From positions 1 to 40,603 of the forward strand of contig CANHON010000002.1 of NCBI GenBank assembly GCA_947462115.1: a stretch of 40,603 nucleotides of DNA, in the 5' to 3' direction. The position numbers and the translations under genes are program-made. The notes under the pieces were generated by a model. It was given only the letters and a program-made list of their open reading frames with translations, was not told the origin of the DNA and made no database searches. The DNA comes from Deltaproteobacteria bacterium (lineage in GTDB: Bacteria > Myxococcota_A > UBA796 > UBA2385). Of this stretch, positions 15,963-26,643 are shown one piece after another (position 1 is the first letter of the stretch; the number at the start of each line of letters is the position of its first letter).

Positions 15963-16589
15963 ATGCGCAAAGCCCCCGACGCGCGCCCCGCCCTGCGCCT
16001 CCCCCTCGCCTGCGCCGCCGCGCTCGGCCTCGTGGCCTGCGGCGCGCCCATCGACCGCGACCAAGACGGCGTGCCGGCCGATGAAGACTGCGATGACCGC
16101 GACCCCTGGATCTACCCTGGCGCGCCCGACACCCCCGGCGACGGCCTCGACGCCGACTGTGACGGCGAGGACGCCGCTTTCACCTTCTTGGGCGACTGGA
16201 CGCTGCGCCTGCTCTCGGCCGGCTACTCCGGCGTCCAGGTGCTGCAGGCCGAGACCGCGAGCGGATCGCTCTCCCTGGGCGAGGACCTCAGCGCCGTCGC
16301 GGACTTCGGCGTGACCCTGAGCGCCGCCGTGACCGGCGATCCGCTGCCGGTGCGCTTTCTGATGGAGGGGGAGCTGAGCGCGCTGCCTGGGCCCGCGCGC
16401 TTCCACCTCACCGCCGAGGGCGACAATTACGGCGAGCTCATGCACATCGACTGGGACTGCGCGGTCGAAGGCGAGGGCGACGGCGAGGGCGACGGCGAGG
16501 GCGAGGGCGAGGCCATGCGCTGCGCCGGGGAGTTCAAGGGCTTCGACAGCAGCCTGGACGCGGCGGCGGAGCTGGTCGCGGCGGACTAA
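15963..16589 (+). CDS. lipoprotein with one Cys/Asp-rich 'putative metal-binding' (MopE-like) motif and a GEGD low-complexity tract
   Basis: Lipobox LGLVAC. Motif DEDCDDRDPWIYPGAPDTPGDGLDADCDG. The ATG lies 3 nt after the upstream stop. Confidence 0.7.
   Translation: MRKAPDARPALRLPLACAAALGLVACGAPIDRDQDGVPADEDCDDRDPWIYPGAPDTPGDGLDADCDGEDAAFTFLGDWTLRLLSAGYSGVQVLQAETASGSLSLGEDLSAVADFGVTLSAAVTGDPLPVRFLMEGELSALPGPARFHLTAEGDNYGELMHIDWDCAVEGEGDGEGDGEGEGEAMRCAGEFKGFDSSLDAAAELVAAD
16467..16511 (+). repeat. in-frame GGC-GAG/GAC microsatellite-like tract (encodes EGEGDGEGDGEGEGE)
   Basis: Direct reading of 16467-16511. Confidence 0.85.
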
Positions 16590-17437
16590 GACCGAGGCGG
16601 TTGAAAACGCAGCAGATAGTGCGCGGGGCTCAGCGCTTCGACCTCGACCTTGCGGCTGCCCGGCGGCAGGCTGCCGAGCGGGGGCGCTTGGGGCTGGCTG
16701 CGGGCCCGACCCAGGGCGGCGGCGGTGAGCCGAGCGAGCGGCGAGACCGAGCGCTCGGGCGTGACGTGCTTGTCGACCAGCACCACGGCGCCATCTTCGC
16801 GGCAGACGCGTCCGAGCTCGCGCAGGGCCACCGCCGGCTCGCGCAGGCAATCGACGGCGCCCACCATCAGCACGCGGTCGAAAACACCGTCAGCGAAAGG
16901 CAAGTGGTGGGCGTCGGCCAGCAGGAGCGACACCCGCTCCGGCCAGCCTCGGTTGCGGGCCACCCGGGCCTCGGCGGCGCGCAGGGCGCTGATCGACAAG
17001 GAGCAGCCCCACCACTGCACATCGGCCCCCGGCGCTTGATCGAAGCCCGGCTCGATGTGGCTGCCGGTGCCGACGTTGAGCTCGAGCACCCGCACCGGCC
17101 GCTCGACCCGCGAGAGCGGCCCGAGGCGCAGCCCTTTGGCCACCTTGTCGCGCAGGCCCGCCACCCGGCCGGCCCCAAGCAGCAGGCTGCTGACCGCCGC
17201 GATGGGGTCGAGCAGGGCGGGCACGGTGTCTTGCATCGCCGCCGCCGCCGCGTCGCTGCCGACATGCCAGGCGAGGCGGGTGAGGTTGGGGACGCCGCGC
17301 TCCACCGCCCAGGCCTCGCCCGTCTGATCGCAGACCAGCACGCCATCTTGGAGCTGGCCCTCGAGGTTGGTGCCGTGAAAACGGAGGGGGGCGCGGGCGT
17401 CAGGGCAGCGGAGCAAAGGCACATCGTGGACGTTCAT
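16586..17437 (-). CDS. class I SAM-dependent methyltransferase with N-terminal Trm112-like segment
   Basis: Motif I VLELNVGTG and post-I/II acidic residues (LLADAHHLPFADGVFDRV). The N-terminus LLRCP...VLVCDQTGEAWAVERGVPNL resembles a degenerate Trm112p-like ribbon. The stop overlaps the convergent upstream gene stop (16586-16589). Confidence 0.75.
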   Translation of the reverse strand: MNVHDVPLLRCPDARAPLRFHGTNLEGQLQDGVLVCDQTGEAWAVERGVPNLTRLAWHVGSDAAAAAMQDTVPALLDPIAAVSSLLLGAGRVAGLRDKVAKGLRLGPLSRVERPVRVLELNVGTGSHIEPGFDQAPGADVQWWGCSLSISALRAAEARVARNRGWPERVSLLLADAHHLPFADGVFDRVLMVGAVDCLREPAVALRELGRVCREDGAVVLVDKHVTPERSVSPLARLTAAALGRARSQPQAPPLGSLPPGSRKVEVEALSPAHYLLRFQPPRS

Positions 17438-17471
17438 CGGCCCTCCGAGCCGGCGCCCTATCCGGCTGCGA

Positions 17472-19340
17472 TCACCGGCGGCACAGATCTCCGCCCGCGT
17501 TGTCCGCGAAGCTCAGCCGGGCTGGCTCCACCCCGCTGTTGATGAGCTGCAGCCCGCACTCATCGGCCCGGGTGCTGCGGATGAGGCCGTCTTCGATGAG
17601 CAGCGCGTCGGTGTCCCGCACCTCCACAGCGCCCGTGACGCCTGGCCCGCCGGCGAAGGCCACCTCAAAGTGCCGCAGCGCGCTGCCCTCGAGGGTGGCG
17701 GCCTGAAAACGGATGCCCGACCAGGCCCCGGGCTCCTCGGCCGACAGGGGCAAGAAGCGCACCGGGCGCTCGCGGGTGCCCTCGGCCACGAGCCCCGCGG
17801 CCCCGCCCCGCTCGCCGAGGTACAGGCCTTTTCCGGTCTGGAACAGCAGGGTAGCGCCGGTGCCCAGGGTCAGGACCGCCGGCGCCTCGGCCGTGCCGTC
17901 CACCTTCACGCTGGTGAGCAGGGCGTAGGGCAGCCCGAGGTCGAGCCAGCGGGCCGAGCGGATCAGGGCGTCGTCGCCATCGACCTCGATCCACTGGCGC
18001 GCGTTGTCCTCCGCCACGAGCTCCAGCGGCAGCAGGTCACCCACCGCCGAGGGCGCGAGGCGCACCGGCACCTCACAGCGCACAACGCTGAGCTGCAGGC
18101 TGTCTTCGTCGAGGCGGCCGGCGTCGCGCAGCCAAAGGCCCGGCCCCGCGCAGTCCTCGATCCGCAGGCGCTCCAGGTGAACCTCGGCGCCGTCGATGTC
18201 GAGCGCGCCGTCGCCCCCCTGGCCGGCCGCGCGGATGATGACGTCCTGGAGCACCACCCCGCCGACCGAGGCCCCAGGCCGGACCGAGAGCCCCGCCCAG
18301 CTCCCCGCGGCGCTGGCGGCTTGCCCGCTGAGGACCACCGGGGAGTCGGCGCTGCCCACCGCCACGAGGCCGGCGGCGCCCCCGCCCGGGCTCACCTGGA
18401 TGGCCTTGCCGCGGCCGAGCTGCACCTCGACGCCCGGCTCCAGCGTGAGCACAACGGCCTCCAGCGCGCTGCCCTCGAGCTTGAGGTGCTCGGCGGGGGC
18501 GTAGGGCACGCCGAGGTCGGGCCAGGTGGCCGAGCGGGACAGGCGATCGCCCACCAAGGCGATGCGGTCGAGGTCATTGCCGTCGTAGCGCGAACCCTCG
18601 ACCGGGAGGCTGGCCACGGCGTCCAGGGGCAGGCAGGCCGGCTGGCCGCTCTCGCGGAGGACCAGCCCAGCGCTGCCCTCGGCGAAGCCGCCCTCGCCGT
18701 TGATCTCCACCGCGCAGCGCTCGGCGCCCACCACCTCCAGACCATCGACCAGCGGGGCGCTGTCGTCGATCCACAGGGCGCCGTGGCTGCGGCCCGCCTG
18801 CGCCAGCACCAGGTGGCGGAGCGCGCTGCCGGCGCTGCGGGGCCCGAGCTTGAGGCCGTCCCAGACGCCGCGCCGAGGGTCGCCCTCCGCCGGCCCCATG
18901 CGCACCGGCGCCTCGGGCCGCCCGTCGATGAGCAGGCGGGCGGCGGCCTCGTCGTCGCCCACCCGCAAGATCACGCCGGGATCGACCTCGACCACCACCC
19001 CCGCCATGATCGTGAGGGTGCCCTGCAGCACGTCCATGTCGCAGGTGATCCGGTGCAGGCTGCCCTCGGGGCCCCAGGTCTCGTCGGCGCGCAGGTCGCC
19101 GCAGTGCTCGACCGGCTCGCCGGAGGCCCCGTCCCCTTGGCCGTCGGCCCCGCCGTCGAGGCCGCCGAGGCCGCTGGGCGTGTCGGCCTCGACCTCCGCC
19201 GCGGTGTCCTGGGCCGCCAGCAGGCCCTCGCAGCCCGGGAGCACCACCGCGGCGCCGCCCACCGCGCAGAGCAGCGCGGAGCACGACAAACCGCGTAAAG
19301 CCCGGGAGGGCACCGGCCGAGGACCGTGGTTAGGGCGCAT
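17472..19340 (-). CDS. parallel beta-helix-like repeat lipoprotein (paralogue A)
   Basis: The ATG at 19340 gives MRPNHGPRPVPSRALRGLSCSALLCAVGGAAVVLPGC (lipobox). Three internal modules of about 170-190 aa are present. The track ORF extension to 20063 is antisense to the Cys-rich gene and is Ser/Pro junk. Clear paralogue of 24690..26471. Confidence 0.75.
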   Translation of the reverse strand: MRPNHGPRPVPSRALRGLSCSALLCAVGGAAVVLPGCEGLLAAQDTAAEVEADTPSGLGGLDGGADGQGDGASGEPVEHCGDLRADETWGPEGSLHRITCDMDVLQGTLTIMAGVVVEVDPGVILRVGDDEAAARLLIDGRPEAPVRMGPAEGDPRRGVWDGLKLGPRSAGSALRHLVLAQAGRSHGALWIDDSAPLVDGLEVVGAERCAVEINGEGGFAEGSAGLVLRESGQPACLPLDAVASLPVEGSRYDGNDLDRIALVGDRLSRSATWPDLGVPYAPAEHLKLEGSALEAVVLTLEPGVEVQLGRGKAIQVSPGGGAAGLVAVGSADSPVVLSGQAASAAGSWAGLSVRPGASVGGVVLQDVIIRAAGQGGDGALDIDGAEVHLERLRIEDCAGPGLWLRDAGRLDEDSLQLSVVRCEVPVRLAPSAVGDLLPLELVAEDNARQWIEVDGDDALIRSARWLDLGLPYALLTSVKVDGTAEAPAVLTLGTGATLLFQTGKGLYLGERGGAAGLVAEGTRERPVRFLPLSAEEPGAWSGIRFQAATLEGSALRHFEVAFAGGPGVTGAVEVRDTDALLIEDGLIRSTRADECGLQLINSGVEPARLSFADNAGGDLCRR

Positions 19341-19440
19341 CAGGGACAACCTCGCGAGCCGGGGGCGGCCCTCAGTGTAGCGTGGCCCTTCTTGCGCTCG
19401 GGCGAGAAATCGCCCCACGCGCTGCCCGCGAGGAGATCCC

Positions 19441-20910
<1,470 letters not shown>

Positions 20911-20987
20911 TCGGCGGCGCCCGCCCGCGCCGTGGCCATGCCCCGTCGAGGATGGCCTACCTCACGCCAATGCCGAGGCCGGTGGCT

Positions 20988-22658
20988 TCAGGGGCTCGGC
21001 TCGCCATCGGGGAAGAGCTCCGCGCGCAGGACCGCCGGGCGGTCGCGCATGAAATTGCCCGCGTAGTTGAGCGTGGCCCGCCAATCGGCCGGGCTGGCGG
21101 CGAAGGGCGCCCGGGCGATGAGGTCGCCGATGAGGTCGTTGCACCGCGCCCGCTCGTCGGCGTAGGGGTACTCGGACATGACCTGCGCCATCTCCCACAG
21201 GGCGAGGTCGTAGCGGGCCCGGAGGCTCGGCACGGCCAGCATCCACCGGGCCAAAGCGCCGTTGGGCGCGTAGGAGTCGCCCCACCAGTCGAGGGTCTGG
21301 TCGGTGCCCCAGACCAGCAAGGTGAGCTGGTCGGCGCTGGGGTCGTGGTAGACCCGGTAGTTGTTCGGGTAGTAGAAGTAGCCGTCCCAGTGGCCGATCA
21401 CGACCTCCGACGCCATGGCCTTCATCCAGGCATCGACGTCCACGATGGCCTCCAGCTGCGGCACCAGGGCCTCGCTGGGCGCCTGGTCGAGCAGGGCGGC
21501 GAGCCGGGCGAGCTCCGCGCGGTCGGTGCTGTCGGAGGCCCCCTCCTCGTCCTGGTCGAGCCCGGGGTAGCTGTCGGACGTGAGGTCTTGCCCGTACTCG
21601 CCCTCGTAGAGGTTGCCGCTGGGGTCGTCGAACCAGCGCTGCAAGAACTGGTCGTCCGGCGACTCGATGAGCAGGTAGATGCCCTTGTATTCGCCGTTGA
21701 TGCGGACCTGGGCCCAGGCCGTGCGCGGCGCCGGCACCCCGGCCCTCCGCATCATCCCGTACACGATGGTCTCGTGCAGGTAGCTGGCGTCCTGGACCAT
21801 GTTGTTGAGCGTGATGGTCTCCATGCCGGCGAAGCGCTGCCCCTCCACGTAGCGGTCGATGTTCAGCCGCAAGGCCGGCTTATCGGAGAGCTCGCGGGCG
21901 CTGCCCCACTGGCCCTTGATGCGGACGCTCACGCGGGGGTGGCCGCGGCCGTCGATGTCGAGGCCCGCCGGCACATCGACGGTGGGCTCGGCGGTCAGCC
22001 CCTCGACGCTGGCGGGCGGCAAGCTGACATTGACCTGCAGCACACGATCCTGAGGGAACAGCCAGTCGGTTGGATCGAGGCTGATGCCGGGATCGTGGGG
22101 GTTGGGCGCGCCGGGCGTCGCCTGGATGGTCCCGCTGATGTACGGCCCGCCGTCGGGGAAGCGCCCCCAGGACACGTCGGCGCGCAGGGCATCGGGCTCC
22201 ATGCGATCGGCGAGCACGAGGCCGCCCGCGGTGGGGGCCAGCAGCTGGAGCACCTCGCCGTCGCGGCTCAGGCCCATCGGCAGGGCGCCACCGGCGCCGT
22301 CGGCGTCCAAGTACAGCAGCAGCAGCCCGCCGCCCTCGATCTGAAGGCCGTCAGGCAGGGTGACCTCGCCGCCTCCGTCCCGCAGCACCCAGCCGTCCAA
22401 GGCGACCGGGTCCTCGCCCTGGTTGTAGAGCTCGACCCAGTCCGGGTGGCCGCCGGCCTCGTCGCGCAGGGTGCTCTCGTTCGAGGCCATCAGCTCGTTG
22501 ATCACCACCGGGGGCGCCGCCTCGGGCTCGGGCGCCGCGCTGTCCTGCGCGCCGCTGTCCCCGCCGATGGGCCGCTCGTCTTCGACCTTTAGCGGGCCGT
22601 CTTGGGAGACGGTGGGCGCGCAAGCCGCGAGCAACAGCAGCCAAAATGACGATCGCAT
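20988..22658 (-). CDS. lipoprotein with lamin-tail domain (LTD) plus CotH-family kinase domain
   Basis: Lipobox LLLAAC. LTD signature VVINELMASN...HPDWVELYNQGEDPVALDGWVL. CotH blocks are NNMVQDASYLHETIVYGMMRRAGVPAPR, VRINGEYKGIYLLIESPDDQFLQRWF and GNLYEG. Confidence 0.85.
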   Translation of the reverse strand: MRSSFWLLLLAACAPTVSQDGPLKVEDERPIGGDSGAQDSAAPEPEAAPPVVINELMASNESTLRDEAGGHPDWVELYNQGEDPVALDGWVLRDGGGEVTLPDGLQIEGGGLLLLYLDADGAGGALPMGLSRDGEVLQLLAPTAGGLVLADRMEPDALRADVSWGRFPDGGPYISGTIQATPGAPNPHDPGISLDPTDWLFPQDRVLQVNVSLPPASVEGLTAEPTVDVPAGLDIDGRGHPRVSVRIKGQWGSARELSDKPALRLNIDRYVEGQRFAGMETITLNNMVQDASYLHETIVYGMMRRAGVPAPRTAWAQVRINGEYKGIYLLIESPDDQFLQRWFDDPSGNLYEGEYGQDLTSDSYPGLDQDEEGASDSTDRAELARLAALLDQAPSEALVPQLEAIVDVDAWMKAMASEVVIGHWDGYFYYPNNYRVYHDPSADQLTLLVWGTDQTLDWWGDSYAPNGALARWMLAVPSLRARYDLALWEMAQVMSEYPYADERARCNDLIGDLIARAPFAASPADWRATLNYAGNFMRDRPAVLRAELFPDGEPSP

Positions 22659-22850
22659 GGGTCTTCTCGCGAGCGGTGGGTAGAAGCGGTTGGACGGCGA
22701 GCAGCGGGGGCGCGCCGACCGCGACGGGGGATCGGCGCGAAGCGGGACAGCCTGTGCCCAAACTTACCGCAGCCACAGCGCCGTGGGGCGATCCCGTGGC
22801 GGACCTTCAGCGGCAGACGCAGCAGCCCGTCGCGCGGCTAGGGAGGGGCC

Positions 22851-23783
22851 ATGCGCCCACCCGCCTCGCCCGCCGCCGCGCCCGCGGCCCCGCCCGCGCC
22901 GACCGACCTGCCGCCCTTCGCGGCCCGGGCCGTGCTGTGGATGCTGGCGAGCTGCGTCTTTTTCGCCTTTATGGCGCTGACGGTGGGCGCCGCCAACGAC
23001 CGCGCGCCCGAGCTGCACGTAGCCACCGCCAGCCTGTTCCGCGCCGGCACCAACCTGCTCGCCGTGGCCCTCATCGGGCGCTTCGACCGGCGCGCCCTGC
23101 TCGGCGACGGCCGCCTCGCCCTGTGGACCCGCGGGATCTGGGGCTCGGCCTCGCTGCTCACCTTCTTCGGCGCGCTCAGCCTGCTCGACATCGGCCAGTC
23201 GGCCTTTTTGAACTACACCAGCGCGTTTTGGGTGGCGGCGCTCGGCCCCCTCGTGCTCAAAGAGCGCACCCCGCCGCTGGTCTGGCTGGCAGTGGCGGGC
23301 TCGGCCGTGGGCGTGCTGCTGCTGAGCGAGCCGCGGGCCGGCGACGGGCTCGGTCGGGCCTTGGGCCTCGCCTCGGGCCTCTTCGCCGCCTTCGCTTACC
23401 TCTCGGTGCGCCGGGCGGCGGCCACCAACGGGCCGGTGGCCATCGTCTTCTACTTCACGATGATCGCCACGGCGGTCTGCGCCGTGTGGACCTTCGCCCT
23501 CGACCTGCCCCTGCCCCGCGACGGCGAGGTCATCGCGCTGCTCATGGCCTCGGGCCTCTGCGCCACCGCCGGGCAGCTGTTGATGACCCGCGCCTACCAG
23601 CTCGGCCGGGCGGCGCCGGTGGCGGCGGCGGGCGCCTTTGGGCCCCTGCTCACCACCCTGCTCGGCGCCCTCGGCCTCGGGCAGCTGCCCGACCTGCGGC
23701 AGGGCCTCGGCATGCTGGTGCTGCTCGTGTCCGCCGTGCTGCTGCCCCTGCTGTCCGAGCGGCGGGCGAGCGCGCCAGAATAG
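22851..23783 (+). CDS. DMT-superfamily (EamA-like) transporter
   Basis: About 10 hydrophobic helices in two EamA-like halves. GGGAGGGG lies just upstream of the ATG at 22851. Confidence 0.8.
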   Translation: MRPPASPAAAPAAPPAPTDLPPFAARAVLWMLASCVFFAFMALTVGAANDRAPELHVATASLFRAGTNLLAVALIGRFDRRALLGDGRLALWTRGIWGSASLLTFFGALSLLDIGQSAFLNYTSAFWVAALGPLVLKERTPPLVWLAVAGSAVGVLLLSEPRAGDGLGRALGLASGLFAAFAYLSVRRAAATNGPVAIVFYFTMIATAVCAVWTFALDLPLPRDGEVIALLMASGLCATAGQLLMTRAYQLGRAAPVAAAGAFGPLLTTLLGALGLGQLPDLRQGLGMLVLLVSAVLLPLLSERRASAPE

Positions 23784-23798
23784 CGCGATTCAGGCCCT

Positions 23799-24587
23799 TC
23801 AGCCCTGCGAGAGCTTGTGGCGCAGGTGCAAGCGGGCCTGCCGGTGCCACCACGCCCACTCGTGCGCGACCTCGGGGCCCCAGAGGTCTTCGGTGTGGGG
23901 CACGCCGACCTCGCGCAGCCGGGCCGACATCTTGCGGGTCTCGGCGAGGCAATTGCGCTCGAAGGCGCCGCGCCCGCACACCAGCGTGAGGTGCCCGGCG
24001 CGCTTCACCCGCTCGAGCTGCGCCCCGCTCAGGCCCGGCGCGAAGGCCATGGGGTTGGCGTGGTAGATGTCGCTGTTCTCAAAGCCATCGGTGAAGGAGC
24101 GGGCGTCGTAGCGGCCGCTGAGGCAGAGCGCCCAGGGGAAGGTCTCGGGCTCCTTGAGGGCGAAGCTCGAGGCGTACATGGCGCCGACGCTGGCGCCGGC
24201 CACCCAGATCGGGATGCGCGGGCTGCGGCAGTCGACGCGCACATGGGGCACCAGCACGTCCATCACCCAGCGCTCGTAGGCTTGGTGGGCCTTGACCCGA
24301 ACGCTCGGGTGGTCGGTGCCGTGCATCCAGGCCTCGGCCACGTTGGTCTCGGGGCAGTAGAGCTTGATGTGCCCGGCCTCCAGCAGGGGCGCGAGGGCCT
24401 CCACCATGCCGTTCTGCTGCCACTCGTGGGCGTAGCCGCCAGCGGTGGGGAAGGCGATGACCGGCCGACCATAGTGGCCGTAGCTCCACAGGTGCACCGG
24501 CCGGCCGAGCGGGCCGCCGGGCAGCCGCTGGAGGTGGGCGCGGAGCAGATCGGGTCCGGCAGCAGAGGGGGCGGCTTCGGTGTTCAT
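23799..24587 (-). CDS. alpha/beta hydrolase, putative esterase family
   Basis: Nucleophile elbow GASVGAM. Overall resemblance to esterase-D/'putative esterase' proteins. I chose the ATG at 24587 (MNTEAAPSAAG...) over the track start at 24686. Confidence 0.7.
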   Translation of the reverse strand: MNTEAAPSAAGPDLLRAHLQRLPGGPLGRPVHLWSYGHYGRPVIAFPTAGGYAHEWQQNGMVEALAPLLEAGHIKLYCPETNVAEAWMHGTDHPSVRVKAHQAYERWVMDVLVPHVRVDCRSPRIPIWVAGASVGAMYASSFALKEPETFPWALCLSGRYDARSFTDGFENSDIYHANPMAFAPGLSGAQLERVKRAGHLTLVCGRGAFERNCLAETRKMSARLREVGVPHTEDLWGPEVAHEWAWWHRQARLHLRHKLSQG

Positions 24588-24689
24588 GGTCGCCTCGGGT
24601 GAACGCCGGGCAGGATGGGGCCAGCGGGCGGCGGCGTCAAGCACAGGACCCGCGGGCCCGCCCGGAGCGCGCCCGACGCGGGGCATCGA

Positions 24690-26471
24690 TCAGCGGGTGG
24701 GTACGCAGATGTCCCCACCGGGGGTGTCCTCGAAGGTCATGGCGGTGGGCGTCAGATCGGCGTCGCGCAGGAAGATCCCGCAGGCGTCTTCGGCGATGTG
24801 GCGAATCGTCCCGTTGGAGATGCTGGGGCGCGACTCTTTGACGGAGATGGCCCCGTCGGCGCCGCGCCCGCCGGCGCTCTCGAGCACAAAGTGCGCCAAA
24901 CGGGTCTCCCCGGCGATGAGGTCGGCGTAGAGCTCGACCCCGCGCCAGGAGCCCGGGGCGGTGCCGGCGTAGGGCACGAGCAGGACCGGGTCGCGGGCGG
25001 TGCCGGAGAGCAACAGGCCCGCCGCGCCGCCGGCCTTGGAGACCGCGATGCCCCGGTGCTCGTCGAAGCGCAGCGCGACGCCCGCCTCCAGCTCGATCAG
25101 GGCCGGATCGCGGTTGGTGCCCTCGAGCTGGATGTCGGTGCGCACCCGGTAGCCGTCGCCCAGGGCCGGCCAGAGGGCCGAGCGGGTCACGAGGCCAGGC
25201 GAGACGAGGTAGATGAGGTTCTCCACGTTATTTTCGAGCAGGACCTCGCCCGGCGGGAGCTCGCCGAGCAGCTCCGGGGGCAGCTCCAGGGGGCGGGCGT
25301 TGTCGCGCAGGCGCAGATCGCTGACCGCCTCGCCGAGGCGCGCGGTGCCCTCCAACATCAGGCCGGCCTCTGCGCTGCCGGCGATCTCCAGCCCGGTGAA
25401 CCGCAGCTCGGCGTCGCGCACCCGCAGGCCCGCCTCGCCATTGCCGCCGCCGAACAGGATGTGGGTGTGGCTGAGGTCGAGATCACCGGCCAGCACGCCT
25501 TGCATGACCTCCACCCCGTCCCAGGCGCCGGGAGTCTCGCTGGAGGCCGGCCCGAAGATCACCGGCTCCTCCTCGGTGCCCTCGGTGATCAGGCCCGAGG
25601 CCCCGCCGTCCGACGACAGGCGCAGCCCCTTGCCGGCCGAGAACAGCAGCTCCACCCCCGACCGCAGGCGCAGCACCGCCGGCTCGGCCGCGGAGCCAGA
25701 GACCGTGACGGTGTCGAGCAGCACATAGGGCACGCCGGGCGCCTGCCACGTGGCCGAGACCTCGAGCTTGGCGCCGTCCACCTCGATGTGGTCGAGGGCG
25801 TTCCCGGTGAGATCGGTGCCGTTGAGCGGGAGGCTCGGCACGGCCTCGATCGGCAAGCACACCGGGGCGCCGCCGACCTCGTGCACCTGCAAGCCCCCGC
25901 TGCCCTCGGCGAACAGGGCCTCGCCCTGCAGCTCGATGCCGCAGCCGGCGGCCTCGCGCACCGTCAGGCCGTCGATCAGCGGCGAGGCGTCGGTGGCCAG
26001 CAGGGCCCCCCGGCGCTCGTTGCCACCCTTCTCCAGAATGACGTTGTGCAGCTCGCTCCCGCGGGCGGACGGGCCGAGCTCCACGCCCGTCCAGCTCCCG
26101 AGGGGATCGCCGGGCCGGGCGGTCTTGAAGGTCACGGGCCGCTCGGGCTCGCCCTGAACGAGCAGCCGGGCCGGATCCTCGCCCTTGCCGACCGTCAGGC
26201 TGCGCCCCTCGTCGACGTAGACCGTGACGCCCGGCGCGATCGACAGGGTGCCCTGCTTCACATTGATGTTGCAGGTGATCCGGTGGGTGCTGCCCGCCGG
26301 TCCCCAGGTCTCGTCGGCCTCGATGGCGCCGCAGTGGGGCTCGGCCTCGGCGAGCTCGGCCGCCGCCGACCCGGGATCGCCGGCGCCCCCTATCAGCGGC
26401 TCCACCAGGCTGCAGCCCGCCAATAGGGTTGAAAACAGCGTGGGACAGAGGCGACAGGAGAGGCGAGTCAT
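24690..26471 (-). CDS. parallel beta-helix-like repeat lipoprotein (paralogue B)
   Basis: The ATG at 26471 gives MTRLSCRLCPTLFSTLLAGC (lipobox). It shares HCG..ADETWGP.GS.HRITC near the N-terminus and GGD(L/I)C at the C-terminus with 17472..19340. Confidence 0.75.
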   Translation of the reverse strand: MTRLSCRLCPTLFSTLLAGCSLVEPLIGGAGDPGSAAAELAEAEPHCGAIEADETWGPAGSTHRITCNINVKQGTLSIAPGVTVYVDEGRSLTVGKGEDPARLLVQGEPERPVTFKTARPGDPLGSWTGVELGPSARGSELHNVILEKGGNERRGALLATDASPLIDGLTVREAAGCGIELQGEALFAEGSGGLQVHEVGGAPVCLPIEAVPSLPLNGTDLTGNALDHIEVDGAKLEVSATWQAPGVPYVLLDTVTVSGSAAEPAVLRLRSGVELLFSAGKGLRLSSDGGASGLITEGTEEEPVIFGPASSETPGAWDGVEVMQGVLAGDLDLSHTHILFGGGNGEAGLRVRDAELRFTGLEIAGSAEAGLMLEGTARLGEAVSDLRLRDNARPLELPPELLGELPPGEVLLENNVENLIYLVSPGLVTRSALWPALGDGYRVRTDIQLEGTNRDPALIELEAGVALRFDEHRGIAVSKAGGAAGLLLSGTARDPVLLVPYAGTAPGSWRGVELYADLIAGETRLAHFVLESAGGRGADGAISVKESRPSISNGTIRHIAEDACGIFLRDADLTPTAMTFEDTPGGDICVPTR

Positions 26472-26643
26472 CAACGATCCCGAGCGACGGAGGGGGCGCG
26501 AGGCGGCGGAGGTCCTCAGCGCGGGCATCGGAACGGGCGGCCCCGAAGTGCAGCCGAATTCGCGGCCGGGTCGATCGGGGCCCGCCCCGCAGACGCCCAC
26601 AAGGTCAGCGGCGCCGGGCCGATACCCGCCGAGAGGGGGCCCG

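Noticed and set aside
10725-16850. Long minus-strand ORFs 10725..12353 (542 aa), 12056..14335 (759 aa) and 14208..16850 (880 aa)
   Set aside because: They are antisense to well-supported plus-strand genes (the antiporter and the DUF1588/DUF1501 operon). Their sequences are low-complexity Arg/Gly/Ala/Glu with no domains.
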